Shown here piece after piece: positions 36,633 to 45,278 of a stretch of 64,000 nucleotides of DNA (within the stretch, counting starts at the first letter, position 1; each line of letters starts with the position of its first letter). Source of the DNA: Candidatus Roizmanbacteria bacterium RIFCSPHIGHO2_02_FULL_40_13b. GTDB taxonomy: Bacteria > Patescibacteriota > Microgenomatia > UBA1406 > HO2-37-13b. The DNA is taken from the NCBI GenBank assembly GCA_001789445.1, contig MFZQ01000003.1, positions 2,796-66,795 of the forward strand, read 5' to 3'. Below the pieces are notes generated by a model, which saw nothing but the letters and a program-made list of their open reading frames with translations, made no database searches and was not told where the DNA came from. Made by a program: the position numbers and the translations under genes.

Positions 36633-37708
36633 CTCCAAAACCATACATTGTTTTGCAATTCTTTTGATAAACGGTATGTATTCGCATGGCTCAAATATCC
36701 AATATACGACTGGAGCGACTGATCGAATGTTTTTGTATCAATTTTCTCTTTTAACTTAGAAAATACTCTTCTCTTTGTCTTTGTCCGCGGCAGGCGATAG
36801 TGAGGTAAAACAATGTATCCCAAAAAATCTATTCCCCATTCAAGTCTCCGGATAATTATTTTATTTTCATGAAGTGAAAGTTTTAGGTGATTACTTAGAA
36901 AATCTCTTATTTGTTCAATTACTTGAGATATCCGGCTTTGATTTTTGAATAATATAACAAAATCGTCAGCATACCGAATATAGTGGTGGATCTTCAACCC
37001 ATGTTTGACATACTGATCAAGTTCGTTCATGTAAATATTAGCAAACACTTGGCTTGTGAGATTACCAAGAGGGATACCACGTGGAGATTCTATCGTCCCG
37101 CCTGCGACGGGACTCCAGAATGACACATTTCTTGTCATCCTGGACCGGAGGCCGAAGGCCGTAGGGATAGGATCCCAATTCACCTCAAAACTATCAATAA
37201 CCTCTGAAAGAAGTCGAATACTATTTTCATCTTGTATCTTCTTTGCAAGTAACTTTTTAAGAATCTCATGATCAACACTGGCAAAGAATTTATTGATGTC
37301 TAAATGAAGCGCCCAGCAATCTTGCGTATAGTTCTTGGAAACTTTACGGGTAAAAACTTCCAGTCGAGAAACTGCTTTATGAGTTCCTTTATTTAATCTG
37401 CATGAATAAGAGTCTGTGATAAATATTTTGTCAAAAAGTTGGTACAAATATGTGTACAACAAATGATGTACTACCCGATCCTGGACACTCGCTTTATGGA
37501 TATGTCTGCGCTTTGGATCATTAACATAGAATGATTCATATGAACCGTGTCTATATTTTTTAGTAACAAGATCTTGATATAGAGCAAAAAGATTGTCTTC
37601 AAGGTACCGCTCAAAAAGCTGGACATCTTTTTTACCACCCTTTCCCTTCCTAAATTCACCCCATGCACGAAAAACACTGTCCAGACTGACTAATGTGTTA
37701 TAATCCAT
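36629..37708 (-). CDS. DGR-2 reverse transcriptase carrying a ~28-codon repeat-element insertion
   Basis: IPLGNLTSQVFANIY and RYADDFVILF. It aligns with RT1 except for the extra NWDPIPTAFGLRSRMTRNVSFWSPVAGGTIESP. Start moved to MDYNTL because the upstream ATGACA is an element terminus. Confidence 0.85.
   Translation of the reverse strand: MDYNTLVSLDSVFRAWGEFRKGKGGKKDVQLFERYLEDNLFALYQDLVTKKYRHGSYESFYVNDPKRRHIHKASVQDRVVHHLLYTYLYQLFDKIFITDSYSCRLNKGTHKAVSRLEVFTRKVSKNYTQDCWALHLDINKFFASVDHEILKKLLAKKIQDENSIRLLSEVIDSFEVNWDPIPTAFGLRSRMTRNVSFWSPVAGGTIESPRGIPLGNLTSQVFANIYMNELDQYVKHGLKIHHYIRYADDFVILFKNQSRISQVIEQIRDFLSNHLKLSLHENKIIIRRLEWGIDFLGYIVLPHYRLPRTKTKRRVFSKLKEKIDTKTFDQSLQSYIGYLSHANTYRLSKELQNNVWFWS
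37100..37176. mobile_element. Palindromic repeat-element insertion inside RT2
   Basis: tccagaatgaca/tgtcatcctgga 12-bp inverted repeat plus a ggccgaaggcc core shared with the elements at 37718 and 55751. Absent from RT1 at the aligned position. Confidence 0.65.
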
Positions 37709-37717
37709 ATCTAAATT

Positions 37718-37763
37718 TGTCATTCCCGCGAAGGCCGAAGGTCCTCGTAAGGGGACGGGAATC
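37718..37763. mobile_element. TGTCAT/GGCCGAAGG MITE-like element between RT2 and avd2
   Basis: tgtcattcccgcgaaggccgaaggtcctcgtaaggggacgggaatc. Same termini and core as 55751-55826. Confidence 0.65.
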
Positions 37764-37795
37764 TATATAACATATGTCGAACAGTAACGAAGGTT

Positions 37796-37820
37796 CACAC
37801 ACACACACACACACACACAC
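37796..37820. repeat. (CA)12 dinucleotide microsatellite
   Basis: A 25-nt run of cacac...c read directly, between an ATG (37774) and the avd2 reading frame. Confidence 0.95.
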
Positions 37821-38179
37821 TGCGTGAGTTTGGCTTAGATATTCCCATATTCGGTGTATTATACGAGTTTTATAAATTGTTGTATCAATATACCAAGTTT
37901 TTCCCAAAAAAAGATCGGTACTCTCTCGGAAAAAAGATTGATACACTCGCACTTAGCCTAATTGAATTAGTCATTTTCGCAGGTAGCACGTCAAAAGAAA
38001 AGAAGCTTCCATATATCCAAAAGGCCATAGTTTCAGTTGACCTTATAAAAATTTTGCTTCGAGTTGCCAAAGATATTGATGCTCTTGAAGGCAAAAAATA
38101 CATCGTTCTTCAGCAAAACCTGCAGGAAATAGGAAGGCAGCTGGGAGGATGGAAAAAATCCATCCCCCCGCTTCTATAA
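37820..38179 (+). CDS. avd: DGR-2 Avd-like four-helix-bundle protein, start unresolved
   Basis: FFPKKDRYSLG...EIGRQLGGWKKS. Gap-free alignment with Avd1 extends 13 codons upstream of the first canonical start (TTG 37877), as far as the codons just downstream of the CA tract. The 37820 start (CTG) is nominal. Confidence 0.65.
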   Translation: MREFGLDIPIFGVLYEFYKLLYQYTKFFPKKDRYSLGKKIDTLALSLIELVIFAGSTSKEKKLPYIQKAIVSVDLIKILLRVAKDIDALEGKKYIVLQQNLQEIGRQLGGWKKSIPPLL

Positions 38180-38192
38180 AACAAGAAACTAT

Positions 38193-38313
38193 CTCGGAAC
38201 GACCACCTACATTCGGATTGTGATTGCCAGGATTCCAATTCGTATTGACATTCAGGTTACCGTCGGTATTGCGATTCGCATTCACGACGCGGTCCTCATT
38301 TCGCGAACCAGGC
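38193..38313 (-). repeat. DGR-2 template repeat (TR2)
   Basis: 121-bp copy of 38629-38749 encoding the Asn-rich RVVNANRNTDGNLNVNTNWNPGNHNPNVGGRSE. 26 of 34 mismatches fall at TR adenines. Confidence 0.85.
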
Positions 38314-38616
38314 GCCCATTCCAGTACCAAACGCCGTAGACACTCACCATCCTTCGATTGCTCCCCGGATTGTATTTTATTTGTCCCCCACCAGCTGGCG
38401 GGGAATCAAGCATCTGGCACGGAGTGTCTTGTTTTTCTCGTGTACGCTCAGGTACCGTCTGGTACCTAACTCTGACACGTTGTTTGAAAAACAACAATTT
38501 CGGTGTCCCTCCACCCACGGGCAGATGGAACCATTGACCTACTTTCAAAAGGTATTTTAACAGAAAAAAGGAAGTTCAAAGGAGAAAAGAAGCACAAAGG
38601 GAACCAAGTTATAAGC

Positions 38617-39399
38617 TCATTTTACTCCCTCGGAACGACCACCCATCGTCGGATAGCGATCGGCAGGCGCCCAAGCCGCATCGACGCACAGGCGACCGCC
38701 AGTAAGGCGACGCGCATCCACGACACGACCCCCACCCCGCGAACCAGGCAGACGGCTCCAGGTATTTATGTCAGGGTATACTCCTGTACGATCATGAAGT
38801 TCTTCACCAAAAACAATATATGTGTCTACTGTCATGCCATGCACACCCTGTTCTTGAATAGCCTGTATAAGTTGTGCTTCAGTAGTATCAAGATGTGGGG
38901 AATCAGCGCTGTCTTTTACCACTAGCCAACCAGTGCGTTCTTGTTCATTTTTGAGCGTATTACCGGGTTCCACCGTCCAGCTTTGCAAGTGTGGGTGAAT
39001 GACACCAAGATGTTCCCGTGTGACACCCTCTGGACGATAGATAAGCGCCCATCCGTCCTCGTGTAGTTGTTGTAGCTCTTCTTGGGAATAGTTACAAGGA
39101 GCAATCTCTACTGTAAGCTCGGCTCGGGGAGCAAGAATATTCCATCGGTTTGTCCAGTATGCTGTATACCTTTCAGGGGTTTTGACTCCTTCAGCACTGA
39201 ATTCTGTAGCAAGTGCAACGAGAGGATCAACTACAACTGCTTCTGGCGTCACATCTGATCGAGATAGTTCCTCAATTTGTCGGGCAAGAGCATTATGAGC
39301 TTGGGCTATATGAAGAAGTCCTTCAACAGCCAAGCGTTGACTATCGTTTTCAGGTAGCTCCGCAAGATTTTGTAATAGGTCCTGTTCTGCACGAAACAT
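38617..39399 (-). CDS. DGR-2 variable target protein (260 aa)
   Basis: The C-terminal ~40 codons are VR2. No signal peptide. GC-rich relative to the flanks. Confidence 0.8.
   Translation of the reverse strand: MFRAEQDLLQNLAELPENDSQRLAVEGLLHIAQAHNALARQIEELSRSDVTPEAVVVDPLVALATEFSAEGVKTPERYTAYWTNRWNILAPRAELTVEIAPCNYSQEELQQLHEDGWALIYRPEGVTREHLGVIHPHLQSWTVEPGNTLKNEQERTGWLVVKDSADSPHLDTTEAQLIQAIQEQGVHGMTVDTYIVFGEELHDRTGVYPDINTWSRLPGSRGGGRVVDARRLTGGRLCVDAAWAPADRYPTMGGRSEGVK
38629..38749 (-). repeat. DGR-2 variable repeat (VR2)
   Basis: See TR2. It ends 9 nt before the TGA stop. Confidence 0.85.
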
Positions 39400-39408
39400 A
39401 TTCTTCCT

Positions 39409-39436
39409 ATTATAACAGCCTTTTTCGACTTGTCAA
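39409..39436 (-). promoter_or_regulatory. Consensus sigma70-like promoter of the DGR-2 target
   Basis: Minus strand reads TTGACA-N16-TATAAT-AGGAAGAAT-ATG. The -10 box, leader and start are identical to those of the DGR-1 target. Confidence 0.6.
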
Positions 39437-39567
39437 ATACAGTATTTCTTATTGGAGGCGAGGAGGAGGAGATAGGGAGATGGGGTGGGGCGGAGGAGAT
39501 GAGGAGTAGAGATATACAGAGAGGAAGACTTTCTGCTTATCTCCCATCCTCTATTCTCCACTCCTCT

Positions 39568-39604
39568 CGCTCTCCCTATCCCCCTATCACCTCCTCTTCT
39601 CCTC
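39568..39604. repeat. 37-nt pyrimidine-rich repeat, copy 2
   Basis: cgctctccctatccccctatcacctcctcttctcctc. An imperfect purine-rich inverted partner lies at about 39455-39515. Confidence 0.7.
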
Positions 39605-39613
39605 CCAGTCAGG

Positions 39614-39619
39614 TATAAT
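39614..39619 (+). promoter_or_regulatory. TATAAT box 7 nt upstream of the glmS ATG
   Basis: The sequence is aggTATAATattctccATG. No SD sequence or recognisable -35 box. Confidence 0.35.
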
Positions 39620-39626
39620 ATTCTCC

Positions 39627-41387
39627 ATGTGCGGAATTTACGGTATTGCAGATAAAAATAAATTTGGGGCGCAGGATATTGTTAATGGGCTAAAACAGCT
39701 TGAGTATCGAGGATATGATAGTTGGGGAATTGCAGTGACGACCGACTCGCTTGTTAAGATTGATAAGCATACTGGAAAAATAGGAGAGGCCCGAAGTATC
39801 TTGCCAGATTCAACAACCGCAATCGGACATACTCGGTGGGCAACGCATGGTGGTGTAACTGACGAAAACGCCCATCCGCATACGGATTGCAAAAAAGATT
39901 TAGCAATAGTTCACAATGGAATTGTTGAAAACTATGAAGATCTTCGCCAAACACTCTTAAAAAAGAATCACGCTTTTACTTCTCAAACTGATACCGAGGT
40001 AGTTGTGCATTTAATTGAAGAGTATATGAAGAGCGAAAGCTTTGAGTTAGCTTGTCAAAAAGCCTTTAATGAACTCATCGGCTCAAATGCAATAGTGGTG
40101 ATGGATAATGGCTCAAAAAGCATCTTTGCCGCACGTTTGGGCTCTCCACTCGTTATCGGAAAAGGCACAGATAAATACTTTATTGCTTCTGATATAACCC
40201 CATTTTTGGACCAGACTCGAACCATATATTTTCTCGACGAGGGAGAAGCTGTGTTGATCAAAAACGACAAGTGCATTTTCTATAAAACTAAAACAGGAAA
40301 AATATTTACCCCTTTATTTGCTCAAACAACGATTACAAAAGATGCCGTCAGTAAAGGAGAATTTCCCCATTTTTTTATCAAAGAAATTTATGAACAAGTC
40401 ACTACAATTCCAAAAACAACTAAAATCGATAGAAAAGATCTTGAGAGTGTAGTTTCTGAAATAAAAAAAGCAAAAAAAATAATACTGTTAGGCTGTGGAA
40501 CTGCGTATTATTGTGCAGTCGGATCCAAATATTATTTTGCTAAGTATGGAGTTGATGTGTCGGCATACCAGGCTTCTGAATTCACCCCATTTTTAGAGAC
40601 AATAGACGAAAATTCACTCGTAATCGCTATTTCTCAAAGTGGAGAGACAGCAGAAACGCTTGAGACAGTGAAGTATTCACTTGAAAAAGGAGCTACTGTC
40701 ATTGGAGTTGTTAACGCACGAGGGTCAAGCTTAGAGCGAATCGCAACGATGGTTATTCCCGTAGGTTCTGGCCCGGAAATTGCCGTTGTTTCAACGAAAG
40801 CATTTAGCGCCCAACTCGCCGTTTTGTACCAAATCGCACGCGCATGTAACGGAGAGCTTGAGAACGGTCGGAAAGATATTGAAGAGTACGGAAAAAAACT
40901 AGGGGCGTGGCTCAATGAGCGTACTTTGGATTCGATTAAAGAGCTTGCACAGAAATTAATAAAAACTCCGCATGTATTTGTAATTGGACGTGGAGTCGAA
41001 TACCCATTTTGTTTGGAGTTTGCACTAAAAATAAAAGAAGCGTCCTATATTCATGCAGAAGGATTTGCGGCAGGAGAACTCAAACATGGAGTAATTGCGC
41101 TTATTGAAAAAGGAACTCCATGTATTGTGCTTTGTTCTCACGATGAGGAATATCCACCAATCTTATCAACTGCGGCGGAGTTGAAAAGCCGGGGAGCGTG
41201 GATTATTGGAGTTGGACCGAAAAAAGCAAAAGAATTTGATACTTATATACAAACATTTGGCGCAGGTTCTTTAACTGGACTCACTGCAGTTGTTGCGGGG
41301 CAACTTTTGGGCTATTATATGGCACTCTTTCAAGATCTTGATCCCGATAAACCACGAAATTTAGCAAAATCAGTGACGGTAAAATAA
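39627..41387 (+). CDS. glmS: Glutamine-fructose-6-phosphate aminotransferase
   Basis: MCGIYGI N-terminal nucleophile, two SIS domains, C-terminal KPRNLAKSVTVK. Confidence 0.95.
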   Translation: MCGIYGIADKNKFGAQDIVNGLKQLEYRGYDSWGIAVTTDSLVKIDKHTGKIGEARSILPDSTTAIGHTRWATHGGVTDENAHPHTDCKKDLAIVHNGIVENYEDLRQTLLKKNHAFTSQTDTEVVVHLIEEYMKSESFELACQKAFNELIGSNAIVVMDNGSKSIFAARLGSPLVIGKGTDKYFIASDITPFLDQTRTIYFLDEGEAVLIKNDKCIFYKTKTGKIFTPLFAQTTITKDAVSKGEFPHFFIKEIYEQVTTIPKTTKIDRKDLESVVSEIKKAKKIILLGCGTAYYCAVGSKYYFAKYGVDVSAYQASEFTPFLETIDENSLVIAISQSGETAETLETVKYSLEKGATVIGVVNARGSSLERIATMVIPVGSGPEIAVVSTKAFSAQLAVLYQIARACNGELENGRKDIEEYGKKLGAWLNERTLDSIKELAQKLIKTPHVFVIGRGVEYPFCLEFALKIKEASYIHAEGFAAGELKHGVIALIEKGTPCIVLCSHDEEYPPILSTAAELKSRGAWIIGVGPKKAKEFDTYIQTFGAGSLTGLTAVVAGQLLGYYMALFQDLDPDKPRNLAKSVTVK

Positions 41388-41391
41388 TATA

Positions 41392-43137
41392 TTAAAGACC
41401 AACCGAATAGAGTTTATTTCCAGAAAGTAGAATTATCTTATTCTCAAACACTACGAAATTCGTCGCTTTAACAAAAATTTGTGATTCGATTTGTTTTTCA
41501 TACGTTCCGTCTTTTGAAACTACAATTATTTTTCCATGTCTTGAATCAAGTAGATACACCCTGTCAACTTTATCATTCGTAAAAAATCGAGTAAATGAAA
41601 CATCGGCGCTATCGGGTAACGTTATACGGAAATCTGTTTTTTCACCCGATGTATATTTCAAAACAGAATCGCTTTGTAAAATATACACTGATGAATCGAT
41701 TGCAATTCCAAGCGCGCCTTTTATGAGCCCTCCTTGGCCCGACCCAAAATAGCTCGTCTTTTTTGAATATCCATCTTCGGCAACTAAATATTTATGTACA
41801 TCGCCCGCCCCACTATCTAAAACATAGATGTTTCCATTGAAAATTGTGTAATCACGCGGATTATTCCATCCTTCTTTATCAATAACTTTTTTCACTTTTC
41901 CTTCAGAATCAACGGTAATAATTCCCTTTGAAGGAATAAGCGCAGAATATACATCGTTGTAAAATGAGCCTGCAGTTGCTCCAACTAGATCAGATTTTTT
42001 TAATACTTCATTTGATTTTTTTGGAAGTGAAAGAGTGTATATTTTACCGGATTTACTATTTATTAAGACTAAATTGTCATCAATAAGCGCCATATTTTGG
42101 GCTTGTCCATTTTTTTCAATAAGAGAGAGATCATAAAACTCTTCATATTTTTTATCTTGCCGATTTGTTATTTTATTCTGTACAGTACTTATTTTTGTAG
42201 AAAGTGCGTCAGTTTCACTTTTATGTGAGTCTCCCAATTCTTTTTTCAAGGCATCAAGTGTTTCTTTTGCTTCTCCGGCGAGAATCGTTGCACGCGACAA
42301 ATTAAGTGGTGCTACATTTTGTGCTTCGTCGATCTTGGCACTTATTGTCTCTGAAGCAATCTGAATCTTTTTTTTCGCCGCTTCATCATTTCTTCTTTTC
42401 ACTCCAAAACCAACACTCCAAATAAGAACCAGGGATAAAATGAAGACAACCACAAACGTCAATTTCTTCTTGCTTGAATAGTTTTCTCCCCGTATTTTTA
42501 TCTTCTCAATAAAAGATGGGCCCGTTACAACCGTACGAGAGACTTCTTCGGTCATGGGTAAAGACTGCACAACTGCTTCCTCTTGTCCGTGTAAGAAAAG
42601 TGTAAATAATCCGACTGCACCAGCACTTTTTTCTTCGTTAAGCTTTTCATGCAATTCATCCACAGAAGAGATTGCCTGTTCACTCCCAATATAGGTCGTC
42701 AGATCAATCTCTTTGGAAATCTCTAAGAAGTTTTTTGAAAGAAATAGAAATGTATCGTGTGGATGAATTTTCCCAGAAGCCGTAGTATTCCCTTCAATAA
42801 TCGGTCCAACTACTCCATCACGACCTGCCATTACTTTTCCTCCCCCAGAAACAACAAGATATAAAATTTCTCCGACAACAAGTCCTGCGGCATATGAGAT
42901 ATCATCGTCTGACCCAAGAGATGATAACTCACGATCCAAAAGCTGTTTGAAATCAATCAACGTTTTTGGAGGGGTCACCTTGAAAAGTTCTTTGAAAGAT
43001 TCTACTGCAGTATTTACTTTCTCCTTAGAGATACCACTGGCATCAAGTGCAATCATTATATCGGTATCGCTCACGAGGGCAGATGAGACTGTTTCTGAAT
43101 CGCTTCCGCGAAATACACCAAATTCTACTTTAAACAT
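41392..43137 (-). CDS. Large hypothetical membrane protein
   Basis: One mid-protein TM span (LTFVVVFILSLVLIWSVGF). The C-terminal half looks beta-rich and repeat-like. No firm family. Confidence 0.5.
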   Translation of the reverse strand: MFKVEFGVFRGSDSETVSSALVSDTDIMIALDASGISKEKVNTAVESFKELFKVTPPKTLIDFKQLLDRELSSLGSDDDISYAAGLVVGEILYLVVSGGGKVMAGRDGVVGPIIEGNTTASGKIHPHDTFLFLSKNFLEISKEIDLTTYIGSEQAISSVDELHEKLNEEKSAGAVGLFTLFLHGQEEAVVQSLPMTEEVSRTVVTGPSFIEKIKIRGENYSSKKKLTFVVVFILSLVLIWSVGFGVKRRNDEAAKKKIQIASETISAKIDEAQNVAPLNLSRATILAGEAKETLDALKKELGDSHKSETDALSTKISTVQNKITNRQDKKYEEFYDLSLIEKNGQAQNMALIDDNLVLINSKSGKIYTLSLPKKSNEVLKKSDLVGATAGSFYNDVYSALIPSKGIITVDSEGKVKKVIDKEGWNNPRDYTIFNGNIYVLDSGAGDVHKYLVAEDGYSKKTSYFGSGQGGLIKGALGIAIDSSVYILQSDSVLKYTSGEKTDFRITLPDSADVSFTRFFTNDKVDRVYLLDSRHGKIIVVSKDGTYEKQIESQIFVKATNFVVFENKIILLSGNKLYSVGL

Positions 43138-43139
43138 AG

Positions 43140-43376
43140 TTATAAAATAATGATACTGTAGATGAAAAGAATTATGGCGAATATAAGTTGTATTTTCCCC
43201 AAAAGATCAAGAAGACCATTGTCATGTACCTCTATACTCACTCGTAGTTGTGAAATTTGTCTTATTATGACGAGACTAAATAAAATATAAAGCATGCTAA
43301 GCGTAATACCAAATAGCTTAATAAATACACTTAACAGATTTGGATAATGTAAATATGCAAGAATAAAACCTATCAT
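43140..43376 (-). CDS. Small integral membrane protein
   Basis: Two hydrophobic spans. Its start overlaps the stop of the upstream gene by 4 nt. Confidence 0.4.
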   Translation of the reverse strand: MIGFILAYLHYPNLLSVFIKLFGITLSMLYILFSLVIIRQISQLRVSIEVHDNGLLDLLGKIQLIFAIILFIYSIIIL

Positions 43377-43972
43377 ATGATTCTATCCTCCATTAATTGA
43401 TTAACAATCGCAACTACCTCTGATGGTCGTGGGGTTTGAAGAAATTCAATGTTTTGGTTTGTTCCAGGAGTTTGTATATTTACGTCTCCGTAATTGAATA
43501 TTGATGGGAGAAATCCAGATGACGAACCGGTGACATCAACGATTTCCTGCATCGTTGTTGCCGCTACTTCACGACTAATAATAATATTGTAATTAATATC
43601 TATTACTCTACGATTTGTGATAATTCCCACATTAAACGTCCAATCAATTATGTTTAGCAGTACATAGGAAAAAATGGATGCATACCAAAAAAAGTTGACG
43701 AATAAAGATTCTGAAATTTGTAAAAGTGGTGCCGTAAAAAGATTAACAAATAGAGGGACAAAAAGAAGAAGGACTGCAGTTACCACCCATGAGATTTGGG
43801 TTACTGGATGAGCCCGAAGTACAAGAATAACATCTTCTCCAACCTGTTGTTCTTCAAAACGAACCTTAGGCCGGTAACAAAAAGAGTGAAGCGCTTTGTG
43901 CTTCTGTGCAGTTTTGGCATCAAATACCGTTGGCATGGAACTTAGTATATACAAAAAAAGCCCTGGCGACAA
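43373..43972 (-). CDS. bPH_2/YdbS-like membrane protein
   Basis: Two TM spans followed by ITNRRVIDINYN, a PH-like segment. Confidence 0.5.
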   Translation of the reverse strand: MSPGLFLYILSSMPTVFDAKTAQKHKALHSFCYRPKVRFEEQQVGEDVILVLRAHPVTQISWVVTAVLLLFVPLFVNLFTAPLLQISESLFVNFFWYASIFSYVLLNIIDWTFNVGIITNRRVIDINYNIIISREVAATTMQEIVDVTGSSSGFLPSIFNYGDVNIQTPGTNQNIEFLQTPRPSEVVAIVNQLMEDRII

Positions 43973-44135
43973 CCCATTTTCCCTTCAGCATAAAGCTGTA
44001 AGTATCGTAGGTGCATTTCTGTTTCATGACTCTGTTCGAGATGGGAAGAGATGGTTCCAAAAATGCCAGGAATCACCAAGGCAATACGTATTATACAAAA
44101 GAGGCGCCGTTTTGTCTAGCGTAAAAAGAGAGTTG

Positions 44136-45278
44136 TTAGCGGTATACAATAGGCTTTTCGTGGGGAAGGAGGATGAGGCTCATGCGGCGTTGGGCAACAT
44201 CTGTTTTTTCAACATATACTTTGATTTTTTCACCAATTGGAAGTTCTGCTCCATCACCAATTTTTGAGATATGAATGAGCCCCTCAATTCCTGGTTCAAG
44301 TCGCACAATGTACCCATATTTTTCTCGGCGAATAAGTTCTCCGGTAAATTCTTTGTCTTTTGGATACTTTTCCCCAACTTCACTCCATGGATCTTTAGAA
44401 AGTCGTTTAATGGAGAGGTTAAGTTTGGAGTTTTCAAGATTTTTCTCGACAACGACAACATCAATTTCATCCCCTTCTTTCAAAGAAGCTCGTGGATCGC
44501 TAATTTTTCTCCACGAGATTTCTGAAATATGAATAAGTCCTTCAATGTTTCCAACCTCACAAAACACCCCAAATTCGGTAAAACCGATAATTCGAGCTTT
44601 GTATGTTTTCCCTACCTCAATATTATCAAATTCTTTGCGAATATCTTTGTATGAGATGCCCAGTGCTGATGCTTTTTGAGAAACAACAAGCCTATTTTTG
44701 GTTCGATCAACTTCCAAAACCTTAACCTTTATTTTTTGGTTGCGAAGTTTATCGGGCGTATTGATGAAATCTTTAGAAAGTTGTATTTTTGGAATAACTC
44801 CCCGAATACCCATGAAGTCGATAAATATGCCACCTTTTCCATAATCGCCACAGAGAACGTCAATCTCTTCTTCATTTTTTTGCTTATTTTCCAAAATGTC
44901 CCATTTACCTTTTTCAAAGAATTTACGCATTGAAACCACTGGATAGCCCTCTTTGGATTCTTCAACGACAATTCGAACTTTAACCGTGTCTCCTTCTTTG
45001 AAAAATGGAAGATAGGTGGACAAATCAGCTGCTTCAAGTTGCCCCAAAACCGCATATGATTTCCATCCAACATCAAAAAGAATTCCTTTTTTGGTAATAG
45101 CGATGATTTTTGCATCAACTTCCCGTCCTTTTTTGGGAGGAGTAAACGAATTATTTTTCAAAAGATCAGCCATAGAACCAGCCGCTTGTGGTGCACTTTT
45201 TTTGGGGGAAGCGGTTACTTTTTGAGCTGTAGCTGTGGGTTTGATTGTTTTTTTAGCAAGTGCTTTCTTTGTCGCCAT
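44136..45278 (-). CDS. rpsA: S1 RNA-binding repeat protein (ribosomal protein S1-like)
   Basis: Four S1 repeats, e.g. GFTEFGVFCEVGNIEGLIHISEIS and KYGYIVRLEPGIEGLIHISKI. Confidence 0.85.
   Translation of the reverse strand: MATKKALAKKTIKPTATAQKVTASPKKSAPQAAGSMADLLKNNSFTPPKKGREVDAKIIAITKKGILFDVGWKSYAVLGQLEAADLSTYLPFFKEGDTVKVRIVVEESKEGYPVVSMRKFFEKGKWDILENKQKNEEEIDVLCGDYGKGGIFIDFMGIRGVIPKIQLSKDFINTPDKLRNQKIKVKVLEVDRTKNRLVVSQKASALGISYKDIRKEFDNIEVGKTYKARIIGFTEFGVFCEVGNIEGLIHISEISWRKISDPRASLKEGDEIDVVVVEKNLENSKLNLSIKRLSKDPWSEVGEKYPKDKEFTGELIRREKYGYIVRLEPGIEGLIHISKIGDGAELPIGEKIKVYVEKTDVAQRRMSLILLPHEKPIVYR

Noticed and set aside
37698-37952. ORF 37698..37952 (minus strand) containing VCVCVCVC
   Set aside because: It is an artefact of reading through the (CA)12 tract and the TGTCAT element, and it overlaps the avd2 N-terminal region on the other strand.
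38043-38330. ORF-track protein of 95 aa (minus strand) covering TR2
   Set aside because: Same reasoning: it is TR2 in the VR frame, running antisense into avd2. Not an independent gene.
39213-39618. ORFs 39213..39509 and 39430..39618 (Gly/Glu- and Ser/Pro-rich)
   Set aside because: They are translations of polypurine/polypyrimidine low-complexity DNA between divergent genes. There is no start context and no coding-like composition.
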